From positions 1 through 55,683 of the forward strand of contig CALXJE010000006.1 of assembly GCA_944388545.1 (NCBI GenBank): 55,683 nucleotides of DNA, given 5' to 3'. The translations under genes and the position numbers were made by a program. The stretch is from an uncultured Clostridia bacterium (GTDB taxonomy: Bacteria; Bacillota; Clostridia; TANB77; CAG-465). Below, one piece after another: positions 33,946 to 43,700 of this stretch. Positions within the stretch are counted from its first letter, which is position 1. Every line of letters begins with the position of its first letter. The notes beneath the pieces were generated by a model. The model saw only the letters and a list, made by a program, of their open reading frames with translations, searched no databases and had not been told where the DNA came from.

Positions 33946-36342
33946 ATGAAAAAAATTAAAGAATTAAAATACACAGATTTAAAAAATGAATGTCCATTAA
34001 GTATGTTTAAATTCAAGACCTCATCTGAGCTTGAGACATACAATGGAATTATAGGTCAAGAAAGGGCTTTAGAAGCTGTTAAAACAGCAATGCAAATATA
34101 CCAAAAAGGATTTAATCTTTATGTTTGTGGAAATGTAGGAATGGGAAAAACTGCTTATGTATTATCTGTTGTAAATAAACTTGCTAAAAACAAAAAAATA
34201 CCAAACGACATTTGCTATATATATAACTTTGACAATCCAAACGAACCTTTAGCGCTCTCTCTTCCTGCTGGTCAAGGAAGAGAACTTAAAGAAGATATGA
34301 ATAAATTTATATCTTCAATTCGTGACGAACTTATGAGATGTTTTAGCTCAAGTGACCTAGAGAAAGAAAAGAAAGTTATACTTAATCAATATGAACAAAA
34401 AAAAGATGAAATAATTAAAAAATTTGATGAATATACCTCTTCTGAAGGATTTAAAATAAAAACTACTGAAACTGGTATATATTTTTCTCCTATATACAAC
34501 GGAAATATATTAAATGAACAGGAATTTAACTCATTAGATGATTCTATCAAAAAGAAATTTGAAGAAAAATCGCCTAAAATACAAGCTGAGACTATGGAAG
34601 TGATGAAAAAAATAGAAATGCTTGAAAAAGAATGTACTATTAAAGTATCTGAATGGCAAGCCAATTTTACTACATATATTGTATCTAGAAATATAAATAA
34701 CCTGAAAATTAAATATAAAAATAACCTGAAAATTCAAAACTTTCTATTTAATGTTCAATCTGATATTGTAAAAAACATTGAGCATTTTAAACCTAAAAAT
34801 CCATCTTCTAACATGATACCTCTTCCTAATCAAATTCGTTTAGAACAAAGACCTTGGGAAAAATATAGAGTAAATTTGTTAGTCAATAATGATAATTTAA
34901 AACAAGCTCCTGTTATAATTTGTACAAATCCTAGCTACTATGATTTATTTGGAAAACTAGAATACGAAAATCAAATGGGAAGCTTAAAAACTGATCATAC
35001 CATGCTTAAAGCTGGTCTTCTTCATAAAGCAAATGGAGGTTATCTTTTAATAAATGCAAGAGATTTAATGTGTAACATGACTTTATGGGAAGCTTTTAAA
35101 AGAGTTTTAAGAAATAATGAAATTACAATTGATAGTTCTCGTGATATGACAACAGGAAGTACTATTATCAGTTTAAAACCTCAAATTATTCCACTTGATA
35201 TTCAGGTTATACTTATAGGAAGTGAATCTATTTATATGCAACTTTCTAATGTTGATTCTGATTTTAAGAAACTATTTAAAATGAAAGCTGATTTTGACGA
35301 TTCAATTCCAAGAACTGCTGCAAATGTTCAAAGAACTGCTGAATATGTAGCTTATGTCGTAAAAAAAGATAATTTAATACCATTTAAAAGAGAAGCTATA
35401 AAAGAAATTGTTGAATATAGTTCAAGATGTGCAGGTGATAAAAAGAAGCTTACTGCTATGCAAGTAGATCTTACCGACATAATAATAGAATCTTCTTTTG
35501 TAGCAGAAAAATCAAACAAAAAATTAGTAGATGCAGAACAAGTAAAAACTGCTATAAAAAATCGTATAACTCGTTATTCAAAATATGATGATAATTTAAA
35601 AGAAATGATTAAATCTGGTACTGTTATTTTAAAAACAGACGGAGAAGCTGTTGGTAGAATTAATGGTTTAACTATTATCAATACTGGTGATGCTACATTT
35701 GGTAAACCTGTACTTATAACGGCAAATACTTACCTAGGAAATGCTGGTGTAATAAATATAGAACGAGAAGTTTCTATGAGTGGTACTACTCATTCAAAAG
35801 GTGTTTATATACTTGCAAGTTATATAGGTCAAAAATTTGCCCAAAATATTCCTTTAAGTTTAACTGCAAGTATATGCTTTGAACAATTATATAATGGTGT
35901 AGATGGTGATAGTGCTTCTTCTACAGAATTATATGCTATTCTATCTTCTCTTTCTGGAGTCCCTATAAAACAAGGAATTGCTGTAACAGGTTCTGTTAAT
36001 CAAAAAGGAGAAATTCAACCAATTGGTGGTGTTACGGAAAAAATAGAAGGTTTCTTTGAAATATGTAAACATCAAGGTCTAACAGGAAGCCAAGGTGTTA
36101 TAATCCCTTATCAAAATATTGGGAATTTAGCTTTAAATGATGAAATTATCGAAGCTGTAAAAGATGGCATGTTTCATATATATCCTGTTTCTAATATTGA
36201 TGAAGGAATAGAAATTTTAACTGGTGTGTCTGCTGGTAAATACATAGAGGAAAATGAATCTTATGAAAGAGGAAGTATCAATTATTTAGCATACAATAAG
36301 CTTAAACATTACGCAAAAAAAGCAAAAGAATATAATAAATAA
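33946..36342 (+). CDS. Lon-related ATP-dependent protease (COG1067/LonC-like)
   Basis: 798 aa. Walker A GNVGMGKTAY and a C-terminal Lon protease domain with DGDSASSTELYAILSSL (catalytic Ser region). Confidence 0.8.
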   Translation: MKKIKELKYTDLKNECPLSMFKFKTSSELETYNGIIGQERALEAVKTAMQIYQKGFNLYVCGNVGMGKTAYVLSVVNKLAKNKKIPNDICYIYNFDNPNEPLALSLPAGQGRELKEDMNKFISSIRDELMRCFSSSDLEKEKKVILNQYEQKKDEIIKKFDEYTSSEGFKIKTTETGIYFSPIYNGNILNEQEFNSLDDSIKKKFEEKSPKIQAETMEVMKKIEMLEKECTIKVSEWQANFTTYIVSRNINNLKIKYKNNLKIQNFLFNVQSDIVKNIEHFKPKNPSSNMIPLPNQIRLEQRPWEKYRVNLLVNNDNLKQAPVIICTNPSYYDLFGKLEYENQMGSLKTDHTMLKAGLLHKANGGYLLINARDLMCNMTLWEAFKRVLRNNEITIDSSRDMTTGSTIISLKPQIIPLDIQVILIGSESIYMQLSNVDSDFKKLFKMKADFDDSIPRTAANVQRTAEYVAYVVKKDNLIPFKREAIKEIVEYSSRCAGDKKKLTAMQVDLTDIIIESSFVAEKSNKKLVDAEQVKTAIKNRITRYSKYDDNLKEMIKSGTVILKTDGEAVGRINGLTIINTGDATFGKPVLITANTYLGNAGVINIEREVSMSGTTHSKGVYILASYIGQKFAQNIPLSLTASICFEQLYNGVDGDSASSTELYAILSSLSGVPIKQGIAVTGSVNQKGEIQPIGGVTEKIEGFFEICKHQGLTGSQGVIIPYQNIGNLALNDEIIEAVKDGMFHIYPVSNIDEGIEILTGVSAGKYIEENESYERGSINYLAYNKLKHYAKKAKEYNK

Positions 36343-36345
36343 TAC

Positions 36346-36382
36346 AAAAAGGACCGATATTGCTATAATATCGATCCTTTTT
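36346..36382. terminator. Bidirectional hairpin between lon-like and spoVT
   Basis: AAAAAGGACCGATATT / AATATCGATCCTTTTT, one mismatch, 5-nt loop. Confidence 0.65.
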
Positions 36383-36386
36383 ATTT

Positions 36387-36929
36387 CTATTCCATTTGTT
36401 TACTCAAAAGTGATGTTGCAAGCTGAACAATTTTTATATCTGAATCAGTTATACTCTTTTGAGGATCAAGAGAAAACATTATTATACTACCTATTAAATC
36501 TCCATCATCTATAATAGGTACTATTATTTGAGAAATATATTTACTCTTTATATCATCTTTAATTATCTTAATAGCTGCGTCGTTTTTAGTAGACCATGTT
36601 ATTCTTTCAGATAAAATGTCTATAGTATCATTACTTAAATCTTTTCTTAAATAATCTTTTTTTGATGGTCCAGCACAAGATATAATATAGTTATCTGTTG
36701 TAGCACACACTGTATGACCGGTTAAATTTGATATTACTTCTACATATTGGTCCGCTAATTTAGCCAAACTATCCATAGGTTCATATTTTTCTAGTAATAT
36801 TATTCCGTTATCTTGTACATATATTTCTAGCATGTCTCCTTCTTTTATTTTTAAATTTTTTCTTATTTCTTTTGGCAAAACTATTCTTCCTAAATCATCA
36901 ATTCTTCTAATAATTCCTGTAGCTCTCAT
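36387..36929 (-). CDS. spoVT: Stage V sporulation protein T (AbrB-family regulator)
   Basis: 180 aa. MRATGIIRRIDDLGRIVLPKEIRKNLKIKEGDMLEIY is near-identical in pattern to Bacillus SpoVT. C-terminal GAF-like domain. Confidence 0.92.
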   Translation of the reverse strand: MRATGIIRRIDDLGRIVLPKEIRKNLKIKEGDMLEIYVQDNGIILLEKYEPMDSLAKLADQYVEVISNLTGHTVCATTDNYIISCAGPSKKDYLRKDLSNDTIDILSERITWSTKNDAAIKIIKDDIKSKYISQIIVPIIDDGDLIGSIIMFSLDPQKSITDSDIKIVQLATSLLSKQME

Positions 36930-37002
36930 TTTTTCCCTCCAATATTATTACAAATATATTATTGGTAGTTTTTAACTTTTTATACAAAAATTATTATATA
37001 AT

Positions 37003-37050
37003 AAAAAACAAGATATAGTTTTTTAATAGAATTACTATATCTTGTTTTTA
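37003..37050 (-). terminator. Terminator downstream of the KAP NTPase gene
   Basis: ACAAGATATAG / CTATATCTTGT stem extended by A/T pairs, with a 16-nt loop and T/A runs on both sides. Confidence 0.6.
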
Positions 37051-37063
37051 CAGCTATACTAAA

Positions 37064-39037
37064 TTATTGCTTTAAAGCACCTCTTCTTGCTGGAGCACAA
37101 AGTACATTAATTGTATCTTTGAGTTTATTTAATAATGCTGTTTTTATTGTAACTTGAGTTTCTTTATTCTTTTCATTTATTATAGTTGCTAAACGCTTTA
37201 AATTCTTTTTATCAAATTTAAGAAGTTTTTTATTGTCATCATATCTAGAATTTACTATACTTATAAAATTGTACATGTCATAATTGGATATTTGTGTTAA
37301 CTTATCATATAAAAGTTCCATATCATATTTTTCAAATATAGCTATGTTTTTAAAATCAGACACTACTTCTTTGTAAAAAGCATCTACATTCTCTATTAAC
37401 TTTTTAAACAGATCTGCAACTTTATTTTTCTCTATATCTTCAGAGTATTGAATTTTTGCATCTCTACATTGCTCTGCAAAAGACCTTATTGCTTCATCTA
37501 CACTATCCAAGCCTTCATAATCATCTATTCCAAGTTCTATTTGTTTAGTCAATGCAATTTTAAATCCAAGCAAAAATCTATTAGAAAGTTCTTCAACAGA
37601 AATACCATCTATAAGTCTTAAATCATGTAGTTGTTTATATACAGCAAAAAGTCTAGTATACTCTGTACTAGGTACGTTACCTTCTTTAACATTATCTAAT
37701 ACCTTTGTAGAAGTTATCTCAAAATCTATATCTGACATCTTCCAGTAACTACCATCTATAATTTTTAAATATAAAGGATCATTTTTTCTTTCCTTCTTAT
37801 TTATAGCTTTCTTCATATCTTCTTTAAATTGTTTTTCATCAAACATTCTAGTTCTTACATACATTTCAACAAATTTAAAAAATCTATAATCTTCTTTAGA
37901 ATTTAAAAAATATCTTGTATCAAATTCTCTTAAATAATATTGACTAGATCCATTAAGTATGTTAGAAGTAAATATTATTGATTTATATTCTTCATTAGAC
38001 TTTACACTACTAAATTTAGCTTTTACAACATTACCTACTTTTATTTCAAAAGATATGGCTATCGTAAATATTAATACAATCCTTAAAAGTTCATTTGAGA
38101 CATCAGGATATTCTCTTGTTATATTATCATAAACTCTTTCAAAATCATTCAATGCATGTTTTAAAACTCTTAAATTTCTAGTATTAGTTTTATTAAACGT
38201 ACTAATTATTGTTCCTATTTCCATCTTTAAGAATTTTTCAAAAGGTTTATTATAATCATACCTCATAATCATACCACTTAATATATATGAATATTCTGGC
38301 ACATATTCAAAACATTCTCCTACTAGTTTTTCTTTTATTCTTTCATAAGCATTAGCCCTATCAAAAATACTTTCTACCTTTTCTTCTAATTTATTTGCAA
38401 CCGGTTCTTCTAATGTATCTACTAATTCCGATTTTTTGCCCTTTCCTTCTTTTTCTAACATTAGTGTTGCTATTAATGTTTTTATTTCTATATTATTATT
38501 TTTAAACTTAATGGCTAATTCTTTTTCATTACATATAAGTATGGTTTTTATCCCATCATGCTCTACAAAGTTATTTATATATCCTAATATATCTATAATA
38601 TCTATATTAGCTCTCTCTAAATCATCAAAACATAATACTTTATCATCTGTAGTAAACATTTTTGCAAAGTCTATTCTACCACCATCTACTTGCATGGTAC
38701 CATATAAATTGGCAATATCAACACCTGTTTTTACATACTCTGGTATTACATTTCCATCTGTATTCTCTGCAAATTTTTTAAGAGTCTTTGTTATAACAGG
38801 ATTGGTCTCTAAAAATATCTTTTTACTTATTTCTTCTATGCTATTTATTCCATATAAAGAAATATATATTGTTTTATATGTTTTTCCTGATTTATTTTTT
38901 ATTACTTCTATTCTTTTTCTTAATTTATTATTCCAAAAATGTGTCTTACCACTTCCCCACTCTCCATTAATCATAACAGCGTAATCTGTATACGGTTTTC
39001 TTATGTACTCCTCTATACTTTCAATTAATTCTTTCAT
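37064..39037 (-). CDS. KAP-family P-loop NTPase
   Basis: 657 aa. N-terminal YAVMINGEWGSGKTHFWNN P-loop and Walker B-like VLCFDDLER, typical of the KAP family. Confidence 0.8.
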   Translation of the reverse strand: MKELIESIEEYIRKPYTDYAVMINGEWGSGKTHFWNNKLRKRIEVIKNKSGKTYKTIYISLYGINSIEEISKKIFLETNPVITKTLKKFAENTDGNVIPEYVKTGVDIANLYGTMQVDGGRIDFAKMFTTDDKVLCFDDLERANIDIIDILGYINNFVEHDGIKTILICNEKELAIKFKNNNIEIKTLIATLMLEKEGKGKKSELVDTLEEPVANKLEEKVESIFDRANAYERIKEKLVGECFEYVPEYSYILSGMIMRYDYNKPFEKFLKMEIGTIISTFNKTNTRNLRVLKHALNDFERVYDNITREYPDVSNELLRIVLIFTIAISFEIKVGNVVKAKFSSVKSNEEYKSIIFTSNILNGSSQYYLREFDTRYFLNSKEDYRFFKFVEMYVRTRMFDEKQFKEDMKKAINKKERKNDPLYLKIIDGSYWKMSDIDFEITSTKVLDNVKEGNVPSTEYTRLFAVYKQLHDLRLIDGISVEELSNRFLLGFKIALTKQIELGIDDYEGLDSVDEAIRSFAEQCRDAKIQYSEDIEKNKVADLFKKLIENVDAFYKEVVSDFKNIAIFEKYDMELLYDKLTQISNYDMYNFISIVNSRYDDNKKLLKFDKKNLKRLATIINEKNKETQVTIKTALLNKLKDTINVLCAPARRGALKQ

Positions 39038-39121
39038 AAACTACACCTCTTTTTTTAGCATTATATACCATTAATTATAATTATTCAAGTAAATGTATGC
39101 CGTAAACTATTTTAAATATGT

Positions 39122-39152
39122 AAAAAAAGATATATAAAATTTTTTATATATC
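39122..39152 (-). terminator. Rho-independent terminator of recD2
   Basis: GATATATAAAA / TTTTATATATC stem, followed on the minus strand by a T7 run. Confidence 0.6.
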
Positions 39153-39170
39153 CTTAATTTTTATGTTTTA

Positions 39171-41357
39171 TTATGTTTCCTCTATGAGTTTATGTTTTAG
39201 GCCTGTTCTACGAACATTTTCATGAGTATTACTTATCATATAATTTAATACTCTTTTACTTCCTACAAATATAAGCATATTCTTTGCCCTTGTCATTGCT
39301 GTATATATTAAATTTCGATTAAACAATTTTTCATAACATACGTAAAGTGGTATTATAACTACCTTAAATTCACTTCCCTGACTTTTATGCACTGTTATAG
39401 CATAAGCATGTTCAAGTTCATCTAACATGTCAAAATCGTATTTTATTTTTTTTCCGTCATCAAATTTAACTACAAGTTCTTTTTGTATATTATCAATACT
39501 ATTAACTATTCCAATATCACCATTATATACTCCTTTATATGTTACACCATCTACGTCATACTGTATATCATAATTATTTTTTATTTGCATTACTTTATCG
39601 CCTTGTCTAAAAATTCTTTCTCCTACTTTTTTCTCAGGTTTAAAACTATCTTCTTTATTTAGTATCTTTTGAATTTCTCTATTTAGACTATATGTTCCAA
39701 GTTCTGTTTTTTTAATGGGAGTAATGACTTGTAAATCTTCTACTATATTATAATTAGCAAAATTTTCTAATCTACCGTCTAAAAGCGATAGAACTTCTTT
39801 TTTTGTTTCCTCTATAGAATTAGTTTCAATAAAATACATATCTGTATTTTTATTACTAAATTCTATATTATCTCCTGATTTTACTCTATGAGCGTTTATA
39901 ACTATATCACTTTCTTGACTCTGCCTATATATTTCATTTAATTCTACCACATTAACGACTTTTGATTCTATTATATCTTTTAGAACACTACCTGGGCCTA
40001 CTGATGGAAGCTGATATGAATCACCTACTAATATGAGATTGGTACTATCTTTTAGAGCTTTTACTAAATTATTCATTAATATTGTATCTATCATAGATGC
40101 TTCATCCACAATTACAACATTATGGGGAAGTACTTCTGGCATAAAGTCTATAATTGAATCTATATCATTATCATTTATTTTTGTTATTTCTAGTAATCTA
40201 TGTAAAGTTTTAGCCTGCTTTCCTGTCGTTTCTGTTATTCTCTTAGCTGCTCTACCCGTTGGAGCACAAAGTACATAGGATTTCTTTTCATTTTCAAGTA
40301 TATCTATTATACATTTTATAATAGTTGTTTTTCCTGTTCCTGGTCCACCAGTTATAACAGAAATATTACTATTTAAGCAAGTATTTATAGCTTGTCTTTG
40401 TGTTTTAGACAATACTATATTTTCAAGCTTACTCACTATATCTATTTTATTATCATATGACTTTTTTGAAACTTTATCTTTATTTCTAGAAGCTATATAC
40501 CTTGCTATATTAGTCTCTGCTACCGATAAACTTTTTCTATATACATACTTTGCATTTTCTCGTATATCTATTACTACTTTGTCTGACATAACCAAATTAA
40601 CAAGTACGTTTTCTATACTTTCCAATCCTACTTCTAAAAATTTACAAGCATATTCTATTAATATATTTTTTTCTATGCATGTGTGCCCTGCTTGCATTAT
40701 TTCATTTAAACAAAACAATATTCCAGCCTTTAATCTTGACTCATTAGAATTATCTATATTTAACTTTTTCCCAAGTTCATCTACAACCTTAAAACTAATA
40801 TTATTTATAAAGTCAAGTAATGCGTATGGATTTTCTTTTATTATATTAATAGCATTTATACCAAGAGTATCATATATTTTATTTGAAATAGTGATAGAAA
40901 CTCCATATCTTGCTAAAAAACTAGTTAAATTCCATCTCTCCCATTCTTCATTTATATATTCACTTATAGCAAGTGCTTTTTCTTCATTTATTCCTTTTAC
41001 TTTTACAAGATCATATGGTCTATTTTTTATTACATCAAATACATCATCTCCAAAAAACGTTACTATTTTTTCAGCAGTTTTAATACCAACTCCTTTTATG
41101 TCTGATTTTGCTATATATTCTATTAATGTATCTGTATCTTCAGGCATAACTTTAGATATATATTTAAATGCCAACTGTTCACCATAATTTTTGTGATAAG
41201 TTATATCTCCTTCTACTTCTACAGTATCTCCTTCTTCTATGTTACAAGTTTCACCTACTGCAGTTATATATCCATCTTCTGAATCAAGTACAAAAACTGT
41301 ATATCCATTTTTTTCGTTTTTGTATATTATAGTTGATACTTTTCCTACTGCTTTCAT
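39171..41357 (-). CDS. recD2: ATP-dependent RecD2-type SF1B DNA helicase
   Basis: 728 aa. ITGGPGTGKTT (motif I), VVIVDEASM (motif II), and AITVHKSQGSEF and TAMTRAK (motifs V/VI). Confidence 0.9.
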   Translation of the reverse strand: MKAVGKVSTIIYKNEKNGYTVFVLDSEDGYITAVGETCNIEEGDTVEVEGDITYHKNYGEQLAFKYISKVMPEDTDTLIEYIAKSDIKGVGIKTAEKIVTFFGDDVFDVIKNRPYDLVKVKGINEEKALAISEYINEEWERWNLTSFLARYGVSITISNKIYDTLGINAINIIKENPYALLDFINNISFKVVDELGKKLNIDNSNESRLKAGILFCLNEIMQAGHTCIEKNILIEYACKFLEVGLESIENVLVNLVMSDKVVIDIRENAKYVYRKSLSVAETNIARYIASRNKDKVSKKSYDNKIDIVSKLENIVLSKTQRQAINTCLNSNISVITGGPGTGKTTIIKCIIDILENEKKSYVLCAPTGRAAKRITETTGKQAKTLHRLLEITKINDNDIDSIIDFMPEVLPHNVVIVDEASMIDTILMNNLVKALKDSTNLILVGDSYQLPSVGPGSVLKDIIESKVVNVVELNEIYRQSQESDIVINAHRVKSGDNIEFSNKNTDMYFIETNSIEETKKEVLSLLDGRLENFANYNIVEDLQVITPIKKTELGTYSLNREIQKILNKEDSFKPEKKVGERIFRQGDKVMQIKNNYDIQYDVDGVTYKGVYNGDIGIVNSIDNIQKELVVKFDDGKKIKYDFDMLDELEHAYAITVHKSQGSEFKVVIIPLYVCYEKLFNRNLIYTAMTRAKNMLIFVGSKRVLNYMISNTHENVRRTGLKHKLIEET

Positions 41358-41396
41358 AACTCCTCCATCTACTGCTATATAATATTAATTTAAGTT

Positions 41397-42491
41397 TTAT
41401 CTTTGAACTCTTGCAGAAGCTCCATTCATTAAATTTTCTACTTCTTTTAAATTTGCCATAGTTGTATCCCCTGGCGTTGTCATAGCAAGAGCACCATGAG
41501 CTGCTCCGTAATTTACTGCTTTTTCAGCATCTTGTGTGGTCATTAATCCGTATATTAATCCAGATGCAAAACTATCTCCTCCACCTACTCTATCTAATAT
41601 TTCTAAATCTTTATAATCATTTGCTTTATATATATTCCCTTCAGAATAACATAAAGCACTCCAATCATTTATACTAGCTGTCTTTACTTCTCTTAAAGTA
41701 GTAGCTACTACTTTAAGATTTGGATATTCTTTTACAACGTTATCTATCATTTTTTTGTATCCGTCTATATTTAGTTTCTTTAGATTTTCATCATTTCCCT
41801 CAATTTCAAAACCAAGACATGCTGTAAAGTCTTCTTCATTTCCTATCATTACATCAACACATTTAGCTATTTCTTTATTAACCTCTCTTGCTTTTTCCTT
41901 TCCACCAATAGCTTTCCAGAGTGATGGTCTATAATTTAAGTCATATGATACTATTGTTCCATATTTTTTAGCCACTTTTATTGCTTCTATTACAGTTTTA
42001 GATGCCTCTTCTGAAAGTGCAGCATATATGCCTCCTGTATGAAGCCATCTAACTCCTAGTGTTCCAAAAATATATTCAAAATCAAAATCTTTTGCAGTAG
42101 CTTTAGATATAGCCGTATTTGCTCTATCTGAAGTGCCTACTGCACCTCTCATTCCATATCCTCTTTCTGTAAAATTTATACCATTTCTTGCACTTCTTCC
42201 TATTCCATCATATGGCATCCATTTTATTAAAGATGTATCAACTCCTCCTTGCATAATAAAGTCTTCTAAAAGGTATCCGACTTCGTTTTCTGCAAATGCA
42301 GTTATAACGGCAGTATCCATTTTAAAGCATTTTTTTAATCCTCTTGCTACATTATACTCTCCTCCACCTTCCCATGCTTTAAATTCCCTTGCACATCGTA
42401 TTCTTCCTTCACCAGGATCTAATCTTAACATCACTTCTCCAAGTGATATTTCATCATATTTACAATCTTTTTTATCTTTTATATTTAACAT
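41397..42491 (-). CDS. kdgK: PfkB-family sugar kinase, probably 2-dehydro-3-deoxygluconokinase
   Basis: 364 aa with the PfkB signature GGGDSFASGLIYGL. Immediately downstream of the KDPG aldolase gene. Confidence 0.7.
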   Translation of the reverse strand: MLNIKDKKDCKYDEISLGEVMLRLDPGEGRIRCAREFKAWEGGGEYNVARGLKKCFKMDTAVITAFAENEVGYLLEDFIMQGGVDTSLIKWMPYDGIGRSARNGINFTERGYGMRGAVGTSDRANTAISKATAKDFDFEYIFGTLGVRWLHTGGIYAALSEEASKTVIEAIKVAKKYGTIVSYDLNYRPSLWKAIGGKEKAREVNKEIAKCVDVMIGNEEDFTACLGFEIEGNDENLKKLNIDGYKKMIDNVVKEYPNLKVVATTLREVKTASINDWSALCYSEGNIYKANDYKDLEILDRVGGGDSFASGLIYGLMTTQDAEKAVNYGAAHGALAMTTPGDTTMANLKEVENLMNGASARVQR

Positions 42492-42506
42492 ATTTTTTCC
42501 CCTTTC

Positions 42507-43151
42507 CTATTCATTAAAATTTTTTACCGCATTAACAAATTCTATAGCAGTCTTTGTTATTAATTCATAATCATTTGTTTTTGCTCCAGCAGTTAAATTA
42601 CTTCCTGTTCCAAGTGCTACTGCTCCTGCTTTAAGCCATTTATCCACATTATCAATATCAACTCCGCCAGTTGGCATAAAATTCGCTTGTGGAAGTGGAC
42701 CTTTAAAAGCTTTTATTATATTAGGGCCAAATGCATTACCTGGAAATATCTTTAATATATCAACTCCCATTTCTAGAGCTTCTACTGCTTCTTTCACCGT
42801 CATAACTCCCGGCATAACAGCTATTCTATATCTATTACACATTTTTATAGTGTCAACATTTAATGATGGACTTACTATATATTTAGCTCCAGAAAGTATA
42901 GCCATTCTAGCTGTTTCAGAGTCAAGTACCGTACCTGCTCCTATCACAATATTTTTATCATTTTCATATTTTTTAGTTAACTCTTTTATTATATCAATCG
43001 CACCTGGTACTGTCATTGTAATTTCTATAAAATTAATACCACCTTTTACAATTGCATCTATTATTTTCTCTCCTTGTTCTTTATTTTCAGCTCTGACTAC
43101 AGCAACTAACTTTTCTTCTTTTAATCTAGAAATAACATCTAATCTATCCAT
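42507..43151 (-). CDS. eda: KDPG / 4-hydroxy-2-oxoglutarate aldolase
   Basis: 214 aa. KLVAVVRA..., EITMTVPGA and KIFPG motifs of the Eda family. Confidence 0.85.
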   Translation of the reverse strand: MDRLDVISRLKEEKLVAVVRAENKEQGEKIIDAIVKGGINFIEITMTVPGAIDIIKELTKKYENDKNIVIGAGTVLDSETARMAILSGAKYIVSPSLNVDTIKMCNRYRIAVMPGVMTVKEAVEALEMGVDILKIFPGNAFGPNIIKAFKGPLPQANFMPTGGVDIDNVDKWLKAGAVALGTGSNLTAGAKTNDYELITKTAIEFVNAVKNFNE

Positions 43152-43258
43152 AAAATACCTCCTACATATTTTTATATTTATTATATCATTTAAGTATAAT
43201 TATGCAAGTAAGAATAATATGTAATTAAACACAATATTCCTACTTACATTTATTAAAA

Positions 43259-43419
43259 ATTGCTATAAATCTAATGTAAAAGTTTCATAAATAAAAGAAA
43301 CAGCTATAGCACAAGCAAAGCAATTTAAATACATCTAATGTTATAGTTTTACAAAAAGTAACAAAGATATTCCACTTAGACCAGTTAATATTTAAATACA
43401 TCTAATGTTATAGTTTCAC
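43259..43419 (-). CRISPR. Leader-distal segment of the type I-B array: 3 repeats (one perfect, one with 1 mismatch, one 23/30 relic) and 2 spacers
   Basis: Perfect repeat at 43390-43419. The repeat at 43323-43352 differs at one position (43350, t for c). The copy at 43259-43288 is degenerate. Spacers are 37 nt and 34 nt, so in-register spacing is maintained. Confidence 0.8.
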
Positions 43420-43439
43420 TATCGCTAATCTCTTGCATA

Positions 43440-43465
43440 TTAAAAGACACCTTTTGAGGTGTCTT
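43440..43465 (-). terminator. Rho-independent terminator after the acidic small ORF
   Basis: AAGACACC / GGTGTCTT 8-bp stem (43444-43451 / 43458-43465) with a 6-nt loop. TTTTAAT follows on the minus strand. Confidence 0.6.
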
Positions 43466-43474
43466 AATTAACTA

Positions 43475-43696
43475 TTATAAATTATTTTCTATTTCTACTA
43501 TTATATCTAATATCTTTTCGTATTCTTCTGCAAGCGGAGTAAAATCTTGTTTTTTATCAAGATTATCCATCATAGTATCATATACAGTATCTTCAAGCTC
43601 TTCTAATGTATTTTCATCGTAATTTTTATTGACATCAACATTAATTTTCTCTAACAATTCAATTTGCCTTTCATCAAATTTTTTATTAATTTTCAT
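43475..43696 (-). CDS. Small highly acidic hypothetical protein (candidate immunity-type protein)
   Basis: 73 aa. By my count 21 D/E versus 9 K/R. GAAGGAA RBS 8-9 nt upstream of the ATG. The ATG lies 4 nt after the TGA of the upstream toxin-like reading frame. Confidence 0.6.
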   Translation of the reverse strand: MKINKKFDERQIELLEKINVDVNKNYDENTLEELEDTVYDTMMDNLDKKQDFTPLAEEYEKILDIIVEIENNL

Positions 43697-43700
43697 AACT

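Noticed and set aside
38436-41187. Long plus-strand ORFs inside the KAP NTPase and recD2 genes (38436..38984, 40033..40278, 40579..41187). Similar antisense ORFs occur inside uvrA, eno, gpmI, pgk, ligA, murD, spoVB, kdgK and eda.
   Set aside because: These are typical antisense ORFs of AT-rich genes (S/F/L/I-rich). Each overlaps a confidently identified gene on the other strand.
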